A stretch of DNA of 64,000 nucleotides from Candidatus Latescibacterota bacterium. Lineage in GTDB: Bacteria > Latescibacterota > UBA2968 > GCA-2709665. Below, piece by piece: positions 58,511 through 64,000 of the stretch. The stretch is taken from NCBI GenBank assembly GCA_965219995.1, contig CBDCOX010000002.1, positions 2,144,001 through 2,208,000 of the forward strand, given 5' to 3'. Position numbers and translations under genes: made by a program. The notes beneath the pieces are model-generated. The model made no database searches, had not been told where the DNA came from, and saw only the letters and a program-made list of their open reading frames with translations. Position 1 is the first letter of the stretch; each line of letters opens with the position of its first letter.

Positions 58511-60139
58511 CTACTCGATAAATTCCTCGGCCAGGGGCAGCCGCGAGGCGGACAACGGATCGCCGCTCCAGCCGATGCTGTCGGTTCCGGCGACCAGTTC
58601 GAAGTCCACCGGGAGATCGATGCGGAATACGGCGCCCGCGCCCGGACGGCTGATCATCCGCAGGGTACCCCGGTGGGCGGAGACGATGCGCGAACAGATG
58701 CTCAGCCCGAATCCATTGCCTTTTTCCTTGGTGGAAAACCCGGGGTCGAAGATCCTGGACTGGATCTCTTCGGATATGCCCGGTCCGTTGTCTTCCACCT
58801 CGATGAATACCGACCCGCGCCTGTTGTCGTAACCGGCCTGTACCGTGACGGCGCCACGCTCATCAACGGCGTCCAGCGCGTTGAGAATCAGGTTCGTGAC
58901 GGCTTCACGCAGCATGCCGGGATCGACCTTGACCTGCGGGACGTGCGGTTCGGATGCGAAGCGGAGAGCCGCGCCTCCGGTGCGGGTCGCGACGGCTTGC
59001 CTGATTTTGCCCACGAGTTGCGGAATATCCACGAGTGACGGATTCAGCGGATCCTGCTTCATGCTGCGCAGATAGGCCACCCACTGGTCGAAGATGTGTT
59101 CCTGGTCGCGAGCGATGTCTCGCAGGTCGTCGAGTACGGCGTCGTGCTTCGAAACGCTCCGAATAAGCCGGCGTGTGCGGCTCCCCACCAGACCCATCAG
59201 ATTCTTGATCTGGTGCCCCCGGGTGTACAGGCTTTCTCCCACCTGTACGCGTCCCATGTCGATGAGTTCAAGAGACAGGCGCGCCAGCACCGAGGCTGCC
59301 TGCGTACCGAATTCTTCGATGATGGCGGTATACTCCTGTTCCATCTGGGCCGAACTCTTGTGACCGAAGAGAAGATGCGCCAGGTTTCTGTAGGGTAGCG
59401 CATAGTCCGGCTCGAGCTGGATGGCAATCTTGAACGCGCCCAGGGCCTGGAGGGTCTGACCTGTTTGCATGAGCAAAACACCGAGGTTATTGTGACCCGG
59501 GGCGAACAGCGGATTTGCTTCCAGCCCGCGACGGTAAACTGTGATGGCCTCGTCCATGTTTTCCGGAAGGTCGTCGAGAAAGCTGGCCAACAGGAAACAG
59601 GCGCCGTCCACGTTGTCGAAGGGCACGCCACGGTCCACGGCCTCGAGAATAGACCGAAGCGCTTCAACCGCCTGCTGCCGGCCACTCGATCCCGAGGTCG
59701 CGCTCTCGGCCCGCAAGAGCGCCAACTGCAACTGCGCCTCCAGATGGTCCGGATTCGTTGCGATTGCAGACTCAAAGGCCTGCGCCGCTCCTTCAACGCC
59801 TCCTTTCAACCGGCAGAGACCGATCTTGTAATGCAGGTCCGCCCCAATCTCCGGCGCAAGTTCCAGGCAACGCGTGAAACATGCCAGCGCGTCCTGCCAG
59901 TTGCCTTTTCTGAAATGGACCGCGCCCAGGTTGTGGCGCGCCCGTACGTTCCCTTCATCGGCCGCCAGGGCGGCCAGGTAGGCGGCCCGGGCTTTCGACA
60001 GGTCGCCCGCTTCCATCGCGTTGTCGCCGTCACGACCGCGCCGCCTGGCTTCGTCGTTCGCCGATTCCGGCAGGGTCTGTGCGATGCCGATACGGTCGGC
60101 AGCCGCGGGTCGGCTGTCGGATTTTTCGGGTCGGTTCAA
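58511..60139 (-). CDS. Soluble TPR-repeat sensor histidine kinase
   Basis: Several TPRs, H-box GHQIKN, N-box NLILNA, DNGPGI, F-box, G.GFGL. No transmembrane segment evident. TTG start after GGAG, just downstream of flotillin. Confidence 0.88.
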   Translation of the reverse strand: MNRPEKSDSRPAAADRIGIAQTLPESANDEARRRGRDGDNAMEAGDLSKARAAYLAALAADEGNVRARHNLGAVHFRKGNWQDALACFTRCLELAPEIGADLHYKIGLCRLKGGVEGAAQAFESAIATNPDHLEAQLQLALLRAESATSGSSGRQQAVEALRSILEAVDRGVPFDNVDGACFLLASFLDDLPENMDEAITVYRRGLEANPLFAPGHNNLGVLLMQTGQTLQALGAFKIAIQLEPDYALPYRNLAHLLFGHKSSAQMEQEYTAIIEEFGTQAASVLARLSLELIDMGRVQVGESLYTRGHQIKNLMGLVGSRTRRLIRSVSKHDAVLDDLRDIARDQEHIFDQWVAYLRSMKQDPLNPSLVDIPQLVGKIRQAVATRTGGAALRFASEPHVPQVKVDPGMLREAVTNLILNALDAVDERGAVTVQAGYDNRRGSVFIEVEDNGPGISEEIQSRIFDPGFSTKEKGNGFGLSICSRIVSAHRGTLRMISRPGAGAVFRIDLPVDFELVAGTDSIGWSGDPLSASRLPLAEEFIE

Positions 60140-60161
60140 ATCGTTGCTCCACGATGAAACG

Positions 60162-61673
60162 CTAAGAAGCTGTTTCCGATGCGCCCGCGTCGTCGCCGTT
60201 TGCATTTGCGTCGCCGGTGGCTTTGCCCAGAAACTCGGGCAACTCCAGGCCCGCCAGTTTGGCCAGTTCGTGCATTGGCGGGATGGCGCCCATCAGGCGC
60301 TGCCCGAGATTGGACATGCCGCCCTGTCCGCCGCCGCCGTCCCAGACCATGATTTTCTCCAGGGGGAGATTCTGAATGGCTTCCGCCTGAATGCCTGCGA
60401 CCTCGGTCAGACGCTCGACGATGAGGAAGGCCGCCGCAGCCTGGTCCTTTCCTCCGCACGCGGCCACCAACTCCTTGTAACCCTCCGCCTTGGCATCCAG
60501 AATGGCCTGGGTACCCTCGGCTTCGGCTCGCTTTTGGGCGAGAATTGCGGCGGCCTCCCCCTGCGCCACCAGCGTCCTCTGCACCTTCTCTGCCTCCGCC
60601 TGTACAACCAGCTTCTGTTTTTCCGCGTCGGCCTGTACCACAATTTCGGCTCTCAACCGGGCTTCTTCCCGGAGCGCCCGGGCTTCCTCGGCCTCTTTTT
60701 CGGCCCTTTCCTGCGCCACCCGGATCGCGCCGTCCGCCGCCTTCGCGGCCTCCTGCCCCTGTTGCCGTGCAACCTCCTCGGCCACTTTCTGCCGGGCCAT
60801 ATAACCGGCTTTCTTGGAATCGGCATCGGCCTCCGCCTGTACCGCTTCCGCATCCAGAGAAGAAACCATCTGGCGTTTGTTTCTGGTGGCTTCGGCCTCG
60901 CCGATCTGGGCTTCAGATTCCAGGGCGGCCACCCGCTGGCGGCGATCCCTGGCCGCTTCGGCCTCGCCGATTTCGGCGGCCGCGTTCGCGGCCGCCACGT
61001 CGGTGCGCTGGTCCCGTTCCCGCTCGGCTACACCCACCTTGCCCATCTTCTCCTGCTCGGCCACGTCGATTGCCGCCTGGTTGATGGCTTCGGCTGCGGC
61101 CTTTTGCCCGAGAGCCTTGATATAACCGCTTTCGTCTTCTATGTCCTTGATGTTCACGTTAATCACGGCCAGGCCGATTTTTTCCATTTCGGTAGAGACC
61201 GCTTCATTGACCTTGGACATGAATGCCTGCCGATCCTGGTTGATTTCTTCAATTTCCATCGTGGCGATCACCGCCCGCATCTGGCCGAGGATGATGTCCT
61301 GCGCCTGACTCTGGATCTGGTCGCGAGAGAGTCCCAGGAGACGAATCGACGCGTTCTGCATCACGCCCATCTGGTTTGATACGGCCGCTGTGACGGTTGT
61401 GGGAACAGACACCCGGATGTTCTCCTGCGACAGGGCGTTGTCCAGATCGATGGGAACAACGAATGGCTCAAGATCCAGATACTCATAGTCCTGCAGGAGA
61501 GGCAGCACGAAGGCCGCGCCCCCGTGAACGCATTTTGCCGCCCCTTTTCCTGTTTTTCCGTAGACGACCAGAATCTTGTTGGACGGGCACCGCTTGTACC
61601 TCGAAATAAACGTCACGAAGAGCAGGAACACCACCAGCAGCAATATAATTGTCAATACGGTCTCGGTTGACAT
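60162..61673 (-). CDS. Flotillin family SPFH protein
   Basis: N-terminal TM, RYKRCPSNKILVVYG, SPFH domain, AEA-rich coiled coil, KIMVWD. Confidence 0.93.
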   Translation of the reverse strand: MSTETVLTIILLLVVFLLFVTFISRYKRCPSNKILVVYGKTGKGAAKCVHGGAAFVLPLLQDYEYLDLEPFVVPIDLDNALSQENIRVSVPTTVTAAVSNQMGVMQNASIRLLGLSRDQIQSQAQDIILGQMRAVIATMEIEEINQDRQAFMSKVNEAVSTEMEKIGLAVINVNIKDIEDESGYIKALGQKAAAEAINQAAIDVAEQEKMGKVGVAERERDQRTDVAAANAAAEIGEAEAARDRRQRVAALESEAQIGEAEATRNKRQMVSSLDAEAVQAEADADSKKAGYMARQKVAEEVARQQGQEAAKAADGAIRVAQERAEKEAEEARALREEARLRAEIVVQADAEKQKLVVQAEAEKVQRTLVAQGEAAAILAQKRAEAEGTQAILDAKAEGYKELVAACGGKDQAAAAFLIVERLTEVAGIQAEAIQNLPLEKIMVWDGGGGQGGMSNLGQRLMGAIPPMHELAKLAGLELPEFLGKATGDANANGDDAGASETAS

Positions 61674-61969
61674 GACAATCCCTCCTCGAATGAATCTGTC
61701 ACCAATGTTGAAGCTTGATTCGTCATTATTCGGGGTCGTTAATTCGAAGTTGTGCAGAATAATAAAAGCGATTGAACTGCTGATTTCCAGGAACCTTCAG
61801 GTCACCGGACGCGAACGGAAAAAATGTCCTTCCGGACGACCCTTTCGGCCCGTTTCGAAAGTTTTCTCCACAGTGTCTGCTTGCTGGATTCTTCGATGCA
61901 AGGCAAATCGACGCAAGAGGCACAAGAACAGCGAAAAGGTTGAGTACCGTCGTCTCAGCCAAATTGCAG

Positions 61970-62575
61970 TCAGGACAACAGCGGCTCGACCTCCAGCGTT
62001 GTCGTATCCACCACGCGAAGAACCCTGACCGGTGTCTTTGCGGAGATGGACATCCCGTTTTTGCCGCGGGCCGATACGTAGGCGACCGCCCCGCTCTCCA
62101 TCACCCGGACCTGTCCGTTCCCGCATTGGGGGATGTCCAGATATACCTCACCAGAGGTTCCCACGCACGTATCCAGATTGGCGTTTCCAGTCTCGGTGAG
62201 CTTCCGGACATTGTGGAAGAAATAGGCAACGACCCCCATGCCTGCACTGCCCCAGACAAACGCGTAAAACACTGCCGTCCGAACGTCCAGACCTCTCTCC
62301 AGATACAGAGCTCCCGCCCATCCGAACAACATGCCAAAGGCGATCAGAGACCTGATAGACAGCAGTTTGAATGCCGCCACCGTGCCGTCTCCCGGTCCGT
62401 CGTTCAATTCGGGACCCGCGTCGCCAAGTTCCGCGTCGCCATCAATGCCGGCGTCGGACCCGCCCAGGCCAAAAAGGGCTGCCAGGAGTTGCCAGACAAA
62501 AAACGCGCTGAAAAACGCCGCCAACACGTAGAACGCCTGGTTGAGGACGCTCAGATCTGTCCACCATCCATCCAT
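61970..62575 (-). CDS. NfeD-like membrane protein (flotillin partner)
   Basis: TM helices, acidic loop, LLSIRSLIAF, C-terminal OB fold VG..GEVYL.IP..G.GQV.V. Confidence 0.85.
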   Translation of the reverse strand: MDGWWTDLSVLNQAFYVLAAFFSAFFVWQLLAALFGLGGSDAGIDGDAELGDAGPELNDGPGDGTVAAFKLLSIRSLIAFGMLFGWAGALYLERGLDVRTAVFYAFVWGSAGMGVVAYFFHNVRKLTETGNANLDTCVGTSGEVYLDIPQCGNGQVRVMESGAVAYVSARGKNGMSISAKTPVRVLRVVDTTTLEVEPLLS

Positions 62576-62793
62576 GTCCGGCTCCTTTCCCGGGATCGTC
62601 CTCGTGTTGCACGCGGCCGGATCATCTGAAACGCCGCCGTGCTGCGAAATGTGACATAGAATGTACTTCGCGTCAATACAAATTCGCGACGGTTTTCGCC
62701 GGAGTTCTGACCTTCATTGCGGTCGAAGCCCAGGGTGCCCCCCGCCAAATCCGTTCCTCGAACTTGTGCGCCGGGACTCCGGGGTCCACGTGT

Positions 62794-63369
62794 TCACGAG
62801 GGAACCAGCCCCCGCTTTCTGAATTCACCCTTCAATTGAAATCTTCCTCGGTTGAGCCAGGTCTTGACCGTGCCCATCGGAATCTGCAACTCCCTGGTAA
62901 TTTCCTCGTAGGACCGGTCTCTCACGTAGCGCATCCAGAGTACTTCCCGATACCTGGACGGCAATGACCGAATGCTCTTCCTGACCAGGTCCCGGTGCTC
63001 GTTTCGCTGGACGGACAGTTCAGGGTTCTCGCCTGGTGCAGGCCTGCGTGTGGCGTCGGCAAGAGCAGCCGGATCCTCCGTTGTCTGAATCCATTTTCGC
63101 CGTACCTGCTGTTTGCGAAAATGGGACTTGTGTACGTTGAGCGCGATCTGGGTGAGCCACGTGGCAAAGGCTGCCTCCCCGCGGTACGAGCCGAGGGCCA
63201 GAAATGCCCGCAGAAAGGCAGTCTGCATCAGGTCCTGCGCGGTATCGGGATCGCTCGTTCTGCGAACCATCGTGGCGTAGACCTGTTCGTGGCAGGCTTT
63301 GTAAAGGTCTCCGAAGGCAGCCGCGTCTCCCGCGACTGCTTTCCGGATCAGATACCGTTCGTTTTCCAT
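62794..63369 (-). CDS. ECF RNA polymerase sigma factor
   Basis: GD..AF..LY, AQDLMQ.AF, F.TWL.QIA.N, SYEEI..EL.IP.GTVKT.L.RGR. Confidence 0.93.
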   Translation of the reverse strand: MENERYLIRKAVAGDAAAFGDLYKACHEQVYATMVRRTSDPDTAQDLMQTAFLRAFLALGSYRGEAAFATWLTQIALNVHKSHFRKQQVRRKWIQTTEDPAALADATRRPAPGENPELSVQRNEHRDLVRKSIRSLPSRYREVLWMRYVRDRSYEEITRELQIPMGTVKTWLNRGRFQLKGEFRKRGLVPS

Positions 63370-63400
63370 TAGCGGGATATCCTTTCGAAAGGACGGTCGA

Positions 63401-63577
63401 TTACCTGGAGTCGCTGGTAAGCAGCCGGTAACCCACGTAAATCAGGACAATCGAAACTGACAATTTAAGGAGCAGGAAAAGGATTTCCAGAGACACGCCG
63501 ATCAGCTTGATCGCTTCGAAGATGCCGAGGTACGCGCCGATGCCGATCAGGATGATGCCGAGAATCTTCGCGAACAT
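63401..63577 (-). CDS. 58-aa two-TM small membrane protein (PspG/LiaI-like size and topology)
   Basis: Below the ORF-track cutoff. MFAKILGIILIGIGAYLGIFEAIKLIGVSLEILFLLLKLSVSIVLIYVGYRLLTSDSR with an AAAGGA RBS. Confidence 0.75.
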   Translation of the reverse strand: MFAKILGIILIGIGAYLGIFEAIKLIGVSLEILFLLLKLSVSIVLIYVGYRLLTSDSR

Positions 63578-63611
63578 GGGATTTCCTTTCTTGTACCGAT
63601 TTATTGCAGTT

Positions 63612-63627
63612 AGCGAAAATCCAGCCA
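63612..63627 (-). promoter_or_regulatory. Candidate sigma54 -24/-12 promoter
   Basis: TGGCTGGATTTTCGCT has GG-N10-GC spacing and lies 35 nt upstream of the small membrane gene ATG. Confidence 0.5.
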
Positions 63628-63697
63628 GGGAATCGGGACAAACCGCGAGACCCTTTCAGCCGGGGTTTGCACAAGCGTAAAACCGTCTTAAGGCCAA

Positions 63698-63946
63698 TCA
63701 GCCACCTGGATTCTTGGCTTCCGATCGGCTCAGTTTGTCGTCCATCGAAATGAGTACGTCCTGAACGTCAGTGACCCTCCGCTCCAGATCGTTCAGGCGG
63801 GCATTGAACGCTTCCGTCTGCTGCGCGCCGATTCCGCGGGACTGGCCCCCGGCACGGCGTTTCAGGAAGATCACGACGCTGCCGAGGGTGAAAACTGACA
63901 CGGCACCGATTACGGAGATCGCCAGAATTCCAAGCGCGATATCCAT
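63698..63946 (-). CDS. PspB-like small membrane protein
   Basis: One N-terminal TM helix, basic KRR, Gly linker, coiled coil LNDLERRVTDVQDVL. Confidence 0.6.
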   Translation of the reverse strand: MDIALGILAISVIGAVSVFTLGSVVIFLKRRAGGQSRGIGAQQTEAFNARLNDLERRVTDVQDVLISMDDKLSRSEAKNPGG

Positions 63947-64000
63947 GGCGAATCTCCCGAAGCCGAAATGGCGCGTCGGTGCCAGAGGGTCGCCGAAGAG

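Noticed and set aside
61726-61962. 78-aa ORF between nfeD and flotillin
   Set aside because: TTG start without a clear RBS, atypical composition and no recognisable motif.
63970-63986. Sigma54 promoter upstream of the PspB-like gene (TGGCAC...)
   Set aside because: GG to GC spacing is off by one from the strict -24/-12 requirement.

Overview
GC-rich bacterial chromosomal window with no rRNA, tRNA, CRISPR array or intact transposase that I can see. FlgD-type C-terminal domains, dockerin-like tails, GWxTD-family proteins and a Big_5 lipoprotein suggest an FCB-group organism such as Latescibacterota or Gemmatimonadota (inference). Contents, left to right: (1) DUF433/DUF5615 toxin-antitoxin pair, a Czc/Cus-type heavy-metal RND efflux operon, a TorF-like porin, glutamine synthetase III and a glycoside-hydrolase-like protein; (2) a topA-xerC-lipoprotein-pilin-like-metalloprotease run; (3) BatA/VWA, PTS IIA, a CLC channel, a first TPR-GWxTD protein, RDD and FAH-family genes; (4) a two-subunit pyruvate:ferredoxin oxidoreductase directly followed by aceEF-lpd; (5) a large secreted protein, a PIN/RHH toxin-antitoxin pair, an aldo/keto reductase, a second TPR-GWxTD protein and an SLBB/TCP10-like-repeat/CAP lipoprotein; (6) ino1, LysR, thiI and small enzymes; (7) an envelope-stress cluster of PspB-like and small membrane genes, an ECF sigma factor, NfeD, flotillin, a soluble TPR histidine kinase and a receiver-fused PspF-like sigma54 activator. 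The best candidate for an undescribed system is this phosphorelay-controlled Psp/flotillin locus, possibly linked to the two GWxTD genes, which each have an ECF-type promoter upstream. All family calls come from motif recognition by eye; no database searches were run.
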